From: Nitrospirota bacterium
Lineage (GTDB): Bacteria > Nitrospirota > UBA9217
Assembly: GCA_963845065.1 (NCBI GenBank)
Contig: CAWJQQ010000003.1
Coordinates: 1 to 64,000, forward strand
DNA length: 64,000 bases
Direction: 5' to 3'
Numbering within the stretch: position 1 is the first letter of the stretch; every line of letters starts with the position of its first letter. Under the pieces are notes generated by a model. The model made no database searches. It saw nothing but the letters and a program-made list of their open reading frames with translations, and was not told the origin of the DNA. A program made the position numbers and the translations under genes. This document shows, in pieces, positions 22,110 to 33,262 of the stretch.

Positions 22110-23015
22110 ATGGTTTCAATGCTTTCAACATCTGAACTGCACGAGAGGATAGATGCGGCTTATAAGCTACTTGAAAGTTGCCGCATCTGCCCTCACGAGT
22201 GCGGGGTGAATCGCTTGAAGAACGCAAAGCTTGGTTTTTGCCGGTCCGGGTTGAACCCGGTAGTCTCGAGCGCGAGCGCGCATCATGGTGAAGAACCTCC
22301 GCTCTCGGGAAGTGGGGGGTCCGGCACGATCTTTTTCACTAACTGCAATCTAAAATGCGTGTACTGCCAGAACTACCCCATCAGCCAAATGGGGAATGGC
22401 ACGGAGCGGATACCGGGTGAACTCGCTTGTCAGATGCTATGGCTACAGGAACAGGGATGCCATAATCTGAATCTCGTGACACCAACACATTTCATGCCTC
22501 AGATCTTAAAGGCACTCGAAATTGCCAAGGAGCGTGGCTTTAGTCTGCCAATTATATATAACACGAGCGGATACGAGTCTGTGGAGGCACTAAGACTTCT
22601 CGATGGAATTGTGGATATTTACCTGACGGACATACGATACTCGGACGACAGGACTGCAATGCGGTTCTCTGTCGCGCCCCACTACTGGGCCGTCAATCAA
22701 TCCGCAGTGAAAGAGATGTTTCGTCAGGTAGACAACCTGGTGCTTGATGAAAAGGGCATTGCAAAAAAAGGCCTCATTGTACGTCACCTTATCTTGCCCT
22801 ACGGCCTCTCGGGCACCCAAGGCGTCATGAAATTCCTTGCCGAAGAAATTTCAAAAGATGTTTACGTTAGCCTAATGTCCCAGTACTTCCCGGCGTACAA
22901 AGCGCACGACATCAAAGAGCTATCGCGCAGGATAACCGAAAATGAGTATGACGGGGCGTATCAGATCGTGCAGTCGTACGGTTTAGAGAACGGTTGGGTG
23001 CAGGAGTTTGAATAG
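22110..23015 (+). CDS. Radical SAM protein, PflX-like
   Basis: CNLKCVYCQN CxxxCxxC motif, HHGEEPPLSG, N-terminal CRICPHEC. Confidence 0.88.
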   Translation: MVSMLSTSELHERIDAAYKLLESCRICPHECGVNRLKNAKLGFCRSGLNPVVSSASAHHGEEPPLSGSGGSGTIFFTNCNLKCVYCQNYPISQMGNGTERIPGELACQMLWLQEQGCHNLNLVTPTHFMPQILKALEIAKERGFSLPIIYNTSGYESVEALRLLDGIVDIYLTDIRYSDDRTAMRFSVAPHYWAVNQSAVKEMFRQVDNLVLDEKGIAKKGLIVRHLILPYGLSGTQGVMKFLAEEISKDVYVSLMSQYFPAYKAHDIKELSRRITENEYDGAYQIVQSYGLENGWVQEFE

Positions 23016-23054
23016 CGGTTCGGAGCTCTGATTTTTGAGTTGAGGAAGGGATAA

Positions 23055-26000
23055 ATGCCGAAACGAGATGATATAAAAAAAATCATGATTATTGGTGCAG
23101 GGCCAATCGTGATTGGGCAAGCCTGCGAGTTCGACTACTCCGGAGTGCAGGCCTGCAAAGCACTGAAAGAAGAGGGCTACCAGATCGTACTTGTTAACTC
23201 GAACCCTGCAACGATCATGACGGATCCTGATCTGGCCCATCGCACGTATATAGAACCGATCACAGCGGCGGTAGTTACAAAAATTATCGAGCGTGAGCGT
23301 CCTGATGCGCTGTTGCCGACCATGGGCGGACAGACCGCACTTAACACGGCGGTTGCGCTCGCTGAAATGGGAGTGCTCGAAAAGTATCAAATAGAACTTA
23401 TCGGCGCCAAGCTTGAATCAATAAAAAAAGCTGAGAATCGTCAGTTGTTCAAAAAGGCCATGGAGAATATCGGCCTTGAAGTCCCGAAGAGCGGCTTCGC
23501 AACGAGCCTGGACCAGGCCTATGATATCCTTGAGAAGGTCGGTTTCCCGGCGATCCTCCGCCCTGCTTTCACGCTCGGAGGGACAGGCGGCGGCATCGCT
23601 TATAACCGTGAAGAATTCAGCGAGTTGATTACGCGTGGTCTTGAAGCAAGCCCGGTCCACCAGGTACTGGTTGAGGAGTCGGTAGTAGGATGGAAGGAGT
23701 TTGAACTTGAAGTGATGCGAGACACCAAGGATAATGTGGTGATCGTATGTTCCATCGAGAACTTCGACCCCATGGGCATCCATACCGGCGATAGTATCAC
23801 GGTGGCGCCGGCGCAGACCCTAAGTGACAAAGAATACCAACTCATGCGTGACGCCTCGATCAAGATCATTCGTGAGATTGGCGTGGACACCGGCGGGTCA
23901 AACATCCAGTTCGGCGTTAACCCTGACAATGGCAGGATGGTTGTGATCGAGATGAACCCACGAGTATCTCGAAGCTCGGCGCTGGCATCTAAGGCGACTG
24001 GTTTCGCCATTGCCAAAATAGCCGCAAAGCTGGCTGTAGGATTCACGCTGGATGAGATTATGAACGATATTACAAAAGCCACGCCGGCATCGTTCGAGCC
24101 GACAATCGATTATGTGGTTACTAAATTTCCACGCTTTGCCTTCGAGAAATTTCCGCAAGCTGATGCCACACTTACCACACAGATGAAGTCCGTAGGCGAG
24201 GCTATGGCCATCGGCAGAACGTTTAAGGAATCCTTCCAAAAAGCACTTCGTTCGCTTGAGATCGACCGCTATGGTTTTGAATCGCGCCGCGACCGGGATG
24301 GTGACGTTGAACATGGCATAGACGAAATTCGACAAAAAATGAGTGTGCCGAACTGGGAACGGATTTGGTATATCGCTGACGGCTTCAGATTGGGCATGGG
24401 AGTCGATGAGGTATACAGCCTATCGAAGATTGATCCATGGTTTCTACTCCAGCTTCAACAGATCACGGACTTTGAAAAACAGCTGGGGGACAAAGGGGCG
24501 AGTATCTTGAATAATGCGTCTGTGGCGCTTGATCATCCGTTACGACGAGCAAAGGAATATGGATTTTCCGACCGAAGGTTAGCTAGATTGTTTACGACTA
24601 CAGAAGATGCAGTACGCAAAACGCGCTATGATCTTGGCATACTGCCAGTGTTCAAGACTGTAGATACCTGTGCAGCCGAGTTTGAGGCTCATACCCCGTA
24701 CCTGTATTCGACCTTTGAGAAACCATTCTATCAAATTAAGGGTTTCGAGACCCGGATCCAGGGACTAAGAATTGCTGAATGTGAAGCGAATCCATCGGAT
24801 CGGAAGAAAGTCGTGATCCTCGGTGGTGGGCCGAACAGGATCGGGCAGGGGATTGAGTTCGATTACTGCTGCGTGCATGCGGCCTTTGCACTCAAAGAGG
24901 ATGGCTATGAAACGATCATGGTGAACTGCAACCCCGAGACTGTAAGCACAGATTATGATACTTCAGACAGACTGTACTTTGAACCCTTGACACTGGAAGA
25001 TGTTTTACATATTATACACAAAGAAAAACCTATGGGTGTAATCGTACAGTTCGGCGGACAGACACCGCTCAAGCTCGCAGTGCCATTGGAGAAGGAAGGA
25101 GTGAAAATTCTCGGCACTACGCCGGACAGCATTGACCGCGCGGAAGATCGGAAGAGGTTTAAAGAGCTGCTCGATAAACTAGGACTTCTCCAGGCTGAAA
25201 GCGGTACGGCCGTATCTTGCGAAGAGGCGGTGGAAGCCGCGAACCGTATTGGTTATCCCGTTATGGTCCGTCCTTCTTATGTGCTCGGCGGGAGGGCCAT
25301 GGAGATTGTTTACGACGAAGATAGCCTCCTAAACTATATGAGTAGGGCGGTGAAGGCTTCGCCCGAACGGCCAGTGCTGGTAGATAAGTATCTTGAAGAC
25401 GCCATCGAGATCGACGTGGATGCGATCTCCGACGGGAAGATGGTTGTCGTTGCTGGCATCATGGAACACATCGAAGAAGCCGGCGTGCATTCCGGCGACT
25501 CGGCATGTTCGCTCCCACCGTTCTCGCTTTCCAGGAATATTATTGAGGAAATCGACCATCAGGCCAAGGCGCTAGCCTTCGAGCTTGGTGTAGTCGGTCT
25601 CATGAACATACAATTTGCGGTAAAAGAAGGTCGAATATACGTGCTCGAAGTCAATCCTCGCGCATCACGGACTGTGCCTTTTGTGAGCAAAGCAATCGGC
25701 ATTCCAGTTGCCAAGTTGGCGGCTCGGGTAATGGCCGGGAAGACACTCTTAGAGCTCGGTTTCACCAAGGCAGTAACGATCAAGCATGTCGCAGTCAAGG
25801 AAGCCGTCTTTCCTTTTGCCAAGTTTCCGGGTGTTGACACGCTGCTTGGACCGGAGATGAAATCCACGGGTGAGGTGATGGGTATCGACAAGGACTTCGG
25901 AATGTCTTTTGCGAAATCCCAGATGGCCGCCGGCAACCCCATGCCCATGTCGGGTAGGGTTTTCCTGAGTGTGAAAGATAAAGACAAGGTGGGCGTGTTG

Positions 26001-26348
26001 GAAGTAGCGCAGGGACTCGAAAAAGCAGGGTTCCAGATCGTGGCCACGAGGGGTACTGCTGATTATCTCAGAAAACGGGGCATTTTGGTCGAGACCGTGA
26101 ACAAAGTGACGGAGGGTCGGCCGCACATCGTGGACCAGATAACGGATATGAAGATTGATCTCGTGATAAATACGGTTTATGGCGCCCAGTCCCAGAAGGA
26201 TTCCTACTCGATACGAAGAACGACACTTGTAAAAGGCATACCCTATTTTACAACGATTTCAGCAGCAAAGGCCGCGGTACGTGGTATTTCGGCGATAAAG
26301 GCAAACCCTTTGCAGGTCAAGTCTATTCAGGAGTATCATACATCATGA
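23055..26348 (+). CDS. carB: Carbamoyl-phosphate synthase large subunit
   Basis: [20 protein letters not shown], duplicated ATP-grasp domains, MGS domain. Confidence 0.98.
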   Translation: MPKRDDIKKIMIIGAGPIVIGQACEFDYSGVQACKALKEEGYQIVLVNSNPATIMTDPDLAHRTYIEPITAAVVTKIIERERPDALLPTMGGQTALNTAVALAEMGVLEKYQIELIGAKLESIKKAENRQLFKKAMENIGLEVPKSGFATSLDQAYDILEKVGFPAILRPAFTLGGTGGGIAYNREEFSELITRGLEASPVHQVLVEESVVGWKEFELEVMRDTKDNVVIVCSIENFDPMGIHTGDSITVAPAQTLSDKEYQLMRDASIKIIREIGVDTGGSNIQFGVNPDNGRMVVIEMNPRVSRSSALASKATGFAIAKIAAKLAVGFTLDEIMNDITKATPASFEPTIDYVVTKFPRFAFEKFPQADATLTTQMKSVGEAMAIGRTFKESFQKALRSLEIDRYGFESRRDRDGDVEHGIDEIRQKMSVPNWERIWYIADGFRLGMGVDEVYSLSKIDPWFLLQLQQITDFEKQLGDKGASILNNASVALDHPLRRAKEYGFSDRRLARLFTTTEDAVRKTRYDLGILPVFKTVDTCAAEFEAHTPYLYSTFEKPFYQIKGFETRIQGLRIAECEANPSDRKKVVILGGGPNRIGQGIEFDYCCVHAAFALKEDGYETIMVNCNPETVSTDYDTSDRLYFEPLTLEDVLHIIHKEKPMGVIVQFGGQTPLKLAVPLEKEGVKILGTTPDSIDRAEDRKRFKELLDKLGLLQAESGTAVSCEEAVEAANRIGYPVMVRPSYVLGGRAMEIVYDEDSLLNYMSRAVKASPERPVLVDKYLEDAIEIDVDAISDGKMVVVAGIMEHIEEAGVHSGDSACSLPPFSLSRNIIEEIDHQAKALAFELGVVGLMNIQFAVKEGRIYVLEVNPRASRTVPFVSKAIGIPVAKLAARVMAGKTLLELGFTKAVTIKHVAVKEAVFPFAKFPGVDTLLGPEMKSTGEVMGIDKDFGMSFAKSQMAAGNPMPMSGRVFLSVKDKDKVGVLEVAQGLEKAGFQIVATRGTADYLRKRGILVETVNKVTEGRPHIVDQITDMKIDLVINTVYGAQSQKDSYSIRRTTLVKGIPYFTTISAAKAAVRGISAIKANPLQVKSIQEYHTS

Positions 26349-26827
26349 CGCAGAAAATTCCTATGACCAAAGAAGGTTACGATAAACTCAAGCAGGAACT
26401 GGACCGCATTATGAAGGTAGAGCGGCCTAAAAATATCAGGGACATTGAAGAAGCGCGAGCTCACGGTGATCTTTCCGAGAACGCTGAATTTCATGCGGCT
26501 AAGGAGCGCCAAGGCCATTTAGATGCCAAAAAACGCGAATTGGAACATAAGCTCTCTCATGCCCAGATTATCGATGTCTCGAAGCTTTCGAACGAAAAGG
26601 TGGTCTTCGGCGCGACCGTAACACTCACGGACACCGCCTTTGGCGGTACAAAAAAATATATGCTTGTGGGCCAAGAAGAAGCTGACTTCAAAAAGGGAAA
26701 GATTTCGATTCAATCTCCCGTGGGAAAGGCGCTCATTGGTCACAAAGTAGGAGATGTGGTAACGATCAAGACTCCGGCAAAGATTGTCGAATATGAAATT
26801 CAGGAAATCGAGATTGCCCTTGAATAG
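26345..26827 (+). CDS. greA: Transcription elongation factor GreA
   Basis: [31 protein letters not shown]. Confidence 0.95.
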   Translation: MTQKIPMTKEGYDKLKQELDRIMKVERPKNIRDIEEARAHGDLSENAEFHAAKERQGHLDAKKRELEHKLSHAQIIDVSKLSNEKVVFGATVTLTDTAFGGTKKYMLVGQEEADFKKGKISIQSPVGKALIGHKVGDVVTIKTPAKIVEYEIQEIEIALE

Positions 26828-27644
26828 GCTGAACAAGGCGACCGTACTTTCCCATAAATCGGTAGGTAGGGGATACTACCGAATCGTACTCAAGGTTCCA
26901 GACATTGCTGCAGCCGCGCGGCCTGGCCAATTCATAATGCTCAGGGTGTCGGAAAATCTTGATCCGCTCCTTGCTCGCCCGTTCGGCATCTCTGCCGTTC
27001 CTACAAAATCATCCATCGAGATACTCTATCGCGTTATAGGTAGGGGAACAACTATGCTGACCGGTAGAAAAACGGGAGAGCAAATTGGGATACTAGGTCC
27101 GCTCGGAACTGGTTTCCCATTGCCAGATAAGAATACGACGCTTATTATGGTTGCAGGCGGGAGCGGCTTTCCTCCTTTGCATTTTCTCTCTCAGCAAACG
27201 GTATGTAGTTCGCATCTGTTCCTAGGTTCCCGAGACAGCGAATGCCTTCCCCCTGCAAGTATCTTGAAAAATTTCAGGGCTACATGCACGAGAGTGCATA
27301 TTGCGACCGAGGATGGAAGCATGGGGACCAAAGGGATGACCACTGACATCTTAAAGGCATTTGTGACAAAGCTAGAGCAGAAATTCAAAATTGTTCTCTG
27401 TGCTTGTGGTCCTCACACAATGCTCGCAGCGATAAGCAAGATCGCACTAGTGCATGCGATCCCCTGTTATGTGTCGATGGAAGAGCGCATGGCATGCGGC
27501 CTTGGCGCCTGTATGGGATGTTCGATACCAATGAAGGCTGGTGGGTACAAGAGGGCGTGCAAGGAAGGCCCTGTGTTCAACGCGCAGGAGATCGACTGGA
27601 GCCAGAGAGTTGCTTTGCCGGTTCCTCATCTAAAAGACATTTAA
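26820..27644 (+). CDS. pyrK: Dihydroorotate dehydrogenase electron transfer subunit
   Basis: PGQF, RPFG, EERMACGLGACMGC, CKEGPVF. Confidence 0.92.
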   Translation: MNRLNKATVLSHKSVGRGYYRIVLKVPDIAAAARPGQFIMLRVSENLDPLLARPFGISAVPTKSSIEILYRVIGRGTTMLTGRKTGEQIGILGPLGTGFPLPDKNTTLIMVAGGSGFPPLHFLSQQTVCSSHLFLGSRDSECLPPASILKNFRATCTRVHIATEDGSMGTKGMTTDILKAFVTKLEQKFKIVLCACGPHTMLAAISKIALVHAIPCYVSMEERMACGLGACMGCSIPMKAGGYKRACKEGPVFNAQEIDWSQRVALPVPHLKDI

Positions 27645-27751
27645 ACACTAAGGGACGCTGATAGGTCTCTAATAAATACTAAGATCTGTTCTAATCCTTC
27701 TACAGCAAATCATGTGTGCATCCGATTTTTCAGCTTCAATGAATTTGTGTC

Positions 27752-28690
27752 ATGCAAAAAAAAGCGATTAAAGCTAAACCGAACCTCAGCATAGACTTTG
27801 CCGGGATCAAGTTCAAGAATCCAGTTCTCACGGCGTCCGGGACCTTCGGATATGGAGAGGAGTTTGCTGAGTTCGTTGACCTCAACATGCTCGGCGCCGT
27901 GGTTGTGAAGGGCATTTCGTTGACGCCGATCAAGGGTAACCAGCCGCCGCGCATCTGGGAAACACCCTCAGGTATGTTGAACGCCATCGGGCTAGAAAAT
28001 CCGGGCATAGATGTATTTCTGTCTGAAAAACTTCCATATTTGCGACAATTCGATACTGCAGTTATAGTGAATATTTTTGGCTACAGCCTGGATGAGTACG
28101 TTAAAGTTGCTGAGCGCCTTGATGGAGTGCAGGGGATATCAGGCATTGAAGTAAATATCTCGTGTCCGAACGTGAAGGCAGGAGGCATGGCGTTCGGCAC
28201 GGACGTTCATGCCACCTCCGAGCTGCTTTCCGCAATCCGTAAGGCGACGAATTTGCCGATTATCGCAAAACTATCACCAAACGTAGCTGACATTACGGAG
28301 TTTGCCAAAGCTGCTCAAGATACGGGGTGCAACGGGCTTTCGCTCATCAATACGCTGCTCGGTATGGCAATAGACGTCCGGTGCAGGAGACCGCGCCTTG
28401 CAAACTGTACTGGTGGTCTGTCTGGTCCAGCAATAAGGCCGGTGGCAGTGCGCATGGTTTGGCAGGCAGCAAAGGCAGTGTCTCTTCCCATCATTGGCAT
28501 GGGTGGGATCATGACGGGAGATGATGCTCTTGAATTTATTCTTGCGGGAGCTTCGGCCATTGCCGTTGGTACTGCGAATTTTGCAAACCCCAGGGCTACA
28601 ATTGACGTACTTGAAGGAGTGGAGAACTTCATGATTGAACAAGGGATCAGCAATATACAAGATCTTATCGGTAAGGTGAGAGTCTGGTGA
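27752..28690 (+). CDS. pyrD: Dihydroorotate dehydrogenase family 1B catalytic subunit
   Basis: ASGTFGYG, NAIGLENPG, NISCPN, GGLSGPAI. Confidence 0.96.
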   Translation: MQKKAIKAKPNLSIDFAGIKFKNPVLTASGTFGYGEEFAEFVDLNMLGAVVVKGISLTPIKGNQPPRIWETPSGMLNAIGLENPGIDVFLSEKLPYLRQFDTAVIVNIFGYSLDEYVKVAERLDGVQGISGIEVNISCPNVKAGGMAFGTDVHATSELLSAIRKATNLPIIAKLSPNVADITEFAKAAQDTGCNGLSLINTLLGMAIDVRCRRPRLANCTGGLSGPAIRPVAVRMVWQAAKAVSLPIIGMGGIMTGDDALEFILAGASAIAVGTANFANPRATIDVLEGVENFMIEQGISNIQDLIGKVRVW

Positions 28691-30165
28691 GAATCGTTAC
28701 AAGCCTTAAAAGCAAGATCATCGTCGCAGTCTCTGCTATTTTGGCAGTGACTATCGGTCTAGGTACGTGGATTAATATCGGTTATCAACGTGCTCAAATA
28801 GAGCATTCGCTCGAAGATAATGCGCTCATTATTTCAAATACTATTGAGCGTAGTCTTATCAACGCTATGATCACCGGCAAGAGCAAGGAAGTGCAAAGTA
28901 TTCTAGACGCCGTGAGCGGGTACCACAACATCCAGGAAGTAAAGATATTTAGCACGAACGGTGTTGTATTAAAATCGTCCCAGCGATGGAAGATGGGGAG
29001 AAGAGTTGACTCGCTTGTTGAAAAATTGTTTACCAAACAGGAATTCAAGAAGCCAATCAAACGCAAAGACAAAGGGACATTCACTGTACTATTCCCCATT
29101 ACGAACGAAGAACGATGCTTTCATTGTCATGGTTCGAAAGCCAAACTGAACGGGGTGCTTGCCGTCGACGTGACTATGGTCTACGCTCAGAAAGAACTGG
29201 ATGCGTACAGCAAGACTATGCTTTTTTGGGCCGTCGGAGTCACTGCAATCTTGGCCGTGTCCTTATCGCTCTTTCTGACACGTTTTGTTTCTAATCCCAT
29301 CCAGGAATTGATCACCACTATGGAACGTGCAGAACGCGGTCTTGAGGCAAGGGTCGAAGTTAAGAGCTCGGACGATATTGGCAGACTTGGCGAGGCTTTT
29401 AATTCGCTCTTGACTAAGTTAGAGCGGGCACGACGGAGGGTGGAGGGGTATCATTATGAGCAAATGAAACGAGCAGACCGGCTTGCTTCGATCGGAGAGA
29501 TGGCTGCCGGCATTGCTCATGAAATCAAGAACCCGTTGGCCGGTATCGCGGGCGTTATCCAGGTGCTCAGAAAAGATCAGGCCGTTGGTGACCAGAAACG
29601 GGTGGTGCTTGATGAGGTTCTCTCTCAGGTTGAGCGCATGGACAAGGCCGTGCGGAATCTGCTATCATTTGCTCGGCCACCGGAACCAAAGTTGACGCTG
29701 GTGGACATCAACGAGCTGACCGGTAAACTCCTCGATTTTCTTTTGCCGCAGTTTGCCAGGAACTCCATCGCAGCTGAACGGAGACTGTCACCGGGATTGC
29801 CATGGTTGACGCTCGACCCGGATCTGATGCAGCAGGCGCTACTCAACATCGCATTGAATGCAATTCAATCGATGCCGGAAGGTGGAAAGCTTACGGTCGA
29901 GACAAAAGCGATGAAACCGGAAGGAAACGATCCCGGATCTGTTAAGATCGTTATTGTTGATACGGGGAAAGGCATTTCCTCCGAGAACTTATGCAAGATA
30001 TTCAATCCTTTTTTTACCACGAGACAACAAGGGACAGGTCTCGGCCTTTCAATCACCCAGCGGATTATCGAACAGCATGGTGGTGAGATCAGCGTAATGA
30101 GCTCTTTCGGAAGAGGAGCGAGTTTTACCATCATTTTCCCGTATCCGCAGAGCGGCAGAACATAA
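28687..30165 (+). CDS. Sensor histidine kinase with HAMP and periplasmic CxxCH motif
   Basis: Two TM helices, CFHCH, AHEIKNPL H-box, GTGLGL. Confidence 0.93.
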   Translation: MRIVTSLKSKIIVAVSAILAVTIGLGTWINIGYQRAQIEHSLEDNALIISNTIERSLINAMITGKSKEVQSILDAVSGYHNIQEVKIFSTNGVVLKSSQRWKMGRRVDSLVEKLFTKQEFKKPIKRKDKGTFTVLFPITNEERCFHCHGSKAKLNGVLAVDVTMVYAQKELDAYSKTMLFWAVGVTAILAVSLSLFLTRFVSNPIQELITTMERAERGLEARVEVKSSDDIGRLGEAFNSLLTKLERARRRVEGYHYEQMKRADRLASIGEMAAGIAHEIKNPLAGIAGVIQVLRKDQAVGDQKRVVLDEVLSQVERMDKAVRNLLSFARPPEPKLTLVDINELTGKLLDFLLPQFARNSIAAERRLSPGLPWLTLDPDLMQQALLNIALNAIQSMPEGGKLTVETKAMKPEGNDPGSVKIVIVDTGKGISSENLCKIFNPFFTTRQQGTGLGLSITQRIIEQHGGEISVMSSFGRGASFTIIFPYPQSGRT

Positions 30166-30180
30166 GAGGAGTTCCGTACA

Positions 30181-31560
30181 ATGACGCAGAAAATTCTTGT
30201 GATTGATGATGAAAAGTTGATTCGCTGGACACTGGAACAGCATTTGGTAAAAGAAGGCTACGAAGTGACTACCGCGGAATCCGCAGAGAAAGGACTGGAA
30301 CTTATCGCAGAGGATGTGCCTGATCTCATACTGCTTGATAACCGTCTTCCGGAAATGTCCGGATTGGAGCTTCTCGAAAAACTTAATGTTCATGAACGCG
30401 GCCTCATGGTCATCATGATCACTGCTCACGGCATGGTCGAGACCGCGGTAAAAGCTATGAAGCACGGTGCCTACGATTATATCAGCAAACCGTTTAATCT
30501 GGAAGAAATCACTTTTGTGATCAAGAAAGCTTTGGAAGCAGGTTCGCTTAGGACTCAAGTGAAACAGCTCCGTCAGGAATTCAGCGGCATGGTAGACACG
30601 ATCATCGGTGAATGCGATGAAATGGAGAAATTAAAAAATCTCATCCGAAAGATTGCTAAGAGCGATGCTACGACCGTTTTGATTGAAGGAGAGAGCGGAA
30701 CAGGGAAGGAATTGGTAGCAAAAGCTCTACACTACACCAGTGCCCGAACAGATAAGCCGTTCATGGCAATAAATTGCGCTGCTCTTCCCGTCACGCTACT
30801 CGAAAGTGAGCTAATGGGGCACGAGAAGGGAGCATTTACGGACGCCAAAACTTCAAAAAAAGGCCTTTTTGAACTTGCCGATGGTGGTACAGTCTTTCTC
30901 GATGAAATCGGAGATATGCATTTGAGCATGCAGGCCAAACTGCTTCGTATGCTTGAGGAAAAGACCTTTAAGCGAGTAGGTGGTGTGAAAGATATCAAGG
31001 TTGATGTCCGGGTTGTATCGGCAACGAACCAGGAATTGGTAAAAGCCATGAGCGAAGGCCAGTTCCGGAAGGATCTGTATTACCGTCTTCAGGTAGTGCC
31101 GGTATATTTGCCGGCCCTCCGGGATCGGGGAAGAGATGTTTTGCTATTGGCGAAACACTTCATCGAGTATTTCAACAAGGAGTGCCATAAAAACGTACAT
31201 GGGATCTCAAAAGAAGCGGAGCAAATGCTTCTTTCCCACGATTGGCCGGGAAATGTAAGAGAACTGAAGAATGTTATCGAACGGGCAATGATCCTCGACA
31301 TCAATAGCGAGATTCTCCCCGAGCATTTGTCCCGTGATATTTTGGAAGGGAGACCCGCTACATCGGCACCGTCAAATACTCCGGCGTCTCTCGATGGGTT
31401 TGTTATTCCAGATACGGGACTGTCGATCGAGGATGTTGAGAATGCCCTTGTACGCAAAGCACTCGATATAGTTGGCGGTAACCAAACCAAGGCTGCCCAG
31501 CTTTTAAAAATGCCACGGGACGCTTTTAGGCGCAGAATGAAACGTTTTGGTATCATATAA
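30181..31560 (+). CDS. Sigma54-dependent response regulator (NtrC family)
   Basis: Receiver domain, GESGTGKE, GAFTD, WPGNVREL, Fis HTH. Confidence 0.95.
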   Translation: MTQKILVIDDEKLIRWTLEQHLVKEGYEVTTAESAEKGLELIAEDVPDLILLDNRLPEMSGLELLEKLNVHERGLMVIMITAHGMVETAVKAMKHGAYDYISKPFNLEEITFVIKKALEAGSLRTQVKQLRQEFSGMVDTIIGECDEMEKLKNLIRKIAKSDATTVLIEGESGTGKELVAKALHYTSARTDKPFMAINCAALPVTLLESELMGHEKGAFTDAKTSKKGLFELADGGTVFLDEIGDMHLSMQAKLLRMLEEKTFKRVGGVKDIKVDVRVVSATNQELVKAMSEGQFRKDLYYRLQVVPVYLPALRDRGRDVLLLAKHFIEYFNKECHKNVHGISKEAEQMLLSHDWPGNVRELKNVIERAMILDINSEILPEHLSRDILEGRPATSAPSNTPASLDGFVIPDTGLSIEDVENALVRKALDIVGGNQTKAAQLLKMPRDAFRRRMKRFGII

Positions 31561-31664
31561 AATATATTTTAGATCGCCGGTTTCCCAGAAAGAAGTCTGG
31601 TGGACCAGCAAGTCTGCAGCAAGGCAAATTTGTAGAATTCCAGAATTCAGTGGAAAAGAATTTC

Positions 31665-31694
31665 TTGACACTTAAAGCGAGAATAAGGTATAAC
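31665..31694 (+). promoter_or_regulatory. Sigma70-type promoter of tRNA-Thr
   Basis: TTGACA-18 nt-TATAAC. Confidence 0.65.
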
Positions 31695-31728
31695 CTACCG
31701 TCTCTTTTTTATGGCATTTTTTCGATAC

Positions 31729-31803
31729 GCCGGCGTAGCTCAGTGGTAGAGCAGCTGATTCGTAATCAGCAGGTCGTCCGTTCAACCCGGATCGCCGGCT
31801 CCA
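31729..31803 (+). tRNA. tRNA-Thr(CGT)
   Basis: GCCGGCGTAGCTCAGTGGTAGAGCAGCTGATTCGTAATCAGCAGGTCGTCCGTTCAACCCGGATCGCCGGCTCCA cloverleaf. Confidence 0.97.
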
Positions 31804-31866
31804 TTTTAGCCTTTATTTGTGCGATATTTCTGCATTTCTCCCATTCCAGCAAAAATCCTTCCGTGA

Positions 31867-32928
31867 CTATTTGTGACTACGACTTTTGGGCTTAATCCTG
31901 CCGGCTTTTTCCATCGCTGTTCTTTTAATTTTTTGAGATACTTGCGTGTACCATTCGGTCATCCGGCTATCCAGATGTCCGAGGAGCTCCTGGATCGTCC
32001 GGAGGTCAATGCCTGATTCGAGCAGGTGTGTGGCTGCGCTATGTCTGAATAGATGTGGATATACTCGTTTCTTTATACCAGCTTTAATTTTCGCGCGCTC
32101 GATAGGTCCGCGGATATCGAATATCGGCCGTTGCGGATGGGTCACGGAAGGGAAAACCCAGGGGGAATCATAAGAATTATGCTTTTTTTGATGATCTATC
32201 CAGGCAAAAAGAGCATCTGAGAGCGGCAGCCGGATCTCCCTGCCGCCTTTTAGTTTGGCAATGACCGTTCTGGATGGCCAATCGATATCCTCCCATCTAA
32301 TCATCTTTGCAGAGGTAATTCTAAGGCCCAAATGAGACAATGCGAGGAGAATGCCTCGGTAGCCCTTTTCGGCCGATTTAATGAGCCTATCCATCTCATG
32401 GGCTGTCAAGACATCAGGCAGGGGCCGTTTGTAGGGAAGAGCTTTCATCTTGAGTGGGACTAAAGGTGATATCTGGGTTTGGTCCTCTACCCAGGTCAGG
32501 AATGCTGAGAAATATGAGAGTTCCTTATTGATGGATCGGTTTGTTGCCCTTAATTCACGGTCGCGGATCGGCTTCTTCTCGAGACGGTGCTTCTGGTATC
32601 CTGTGATGAGAGGATTGACGAGGCCGGTAACGCGCATGTGGCCGAAATAGGGGAGCAGGTGATTTTTGAAACAGCCCTGGACATCCTTGCATGTTTTGCT
32701 TGCCAAGTGAAGCGAAATGTATTGGTAATAACTCTTGGCAAGATGGGCGATGAGCTCATCTCCCTGGACCAGGACATGTTCTTTGTTTCTCTTACGAAGG
32801 CCTGCTTCTGTCTCTTGAACCTGTTTGAGTGATGTTCCTGCCGGCATCGTGATGCGTTCGCGCTTGCCCCTGGCACCGTTCGGGTAATAATCGATGACAT
32901 ATCTTTTGTTGCGCAAGCGAATGGACAT
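31867..32928 (-). CDS. Phage-type tyrosine integrase next to tRNA-Thr
   Basis: GLRI, HLFRHSAAT, QELLGH, MTEWY catalytic residues. Confidence 0.93.
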   Translation of the reverse strand: MSIRLRNKRYVIDYYPNGARGKRERITMPAGTSLKQVQETEAGLRKRNKEHVLVQGDELIAHLAKSYYQYISLHLASKTCKDVQGCFKNHLLPYFGHMRVTGLVNPLITGYQKHRLEKKPIRDRELRATNRSINKELSYFSAFLTWVEDQTQISPLVPLKMKALPYKRPLPDVLTAHEMDRLIKSAEKGYRGILLALSHLGLRITSAKMIRWEDIDWPSRTVIAKLKGGREIRLPLSDALFAWIDHQKKHNSYDSPWVFPSVTHPQRPIFDIRGPIERAKIKAGIKKRVYPHLFRHSAATHLLESGIDLRTIQELLGHLDSRMTEWYTQVSQKIKRTAMEKAGRIKPKSRSHK

Positions 32929-32943
32929 GGAAAATATATAAAT

Positions 32944-33262
32944 TTAAAATCCTTTTGAAGCCCCTTCCTGAGCCTTCTTTGTATCATATAATCTCATTTC
33001 TTCTGTCATTTGCTTAGAACTGATCCATAACATTGCTTTTTGAGCAACATCATTATAATCAAGAGATATATTTGTTTTCTCTCCAAACCAGGAATATTCT
33101 TCTAAATATTCATTGTTTTGGTACCCTTTCCCAAATTTTTCAAATACCGCATTTTTAAGACCATTCCAATTGCTAAATCCTTTAGTATATAAAACTACTC
33201 CACAAAATTTATCATGCCAAAATGTATATGCAATCTTCTCTAATGTGGCAGACCCAATTACC
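32944..33262 (-). pseudogene. Hypothetical protein, N-terminus removed by the adjacent IS
   Basis: AT-rich ORF runs into the IS terminal repeat at 33263. Confidence 0.6.

Noticed and set aside
31867..32928. Integrase as the integron integrase for the attC at 44629
   Set aside because: No IntI-specific insertion evident; phage-type N-terminus and tRNA-adjacent position
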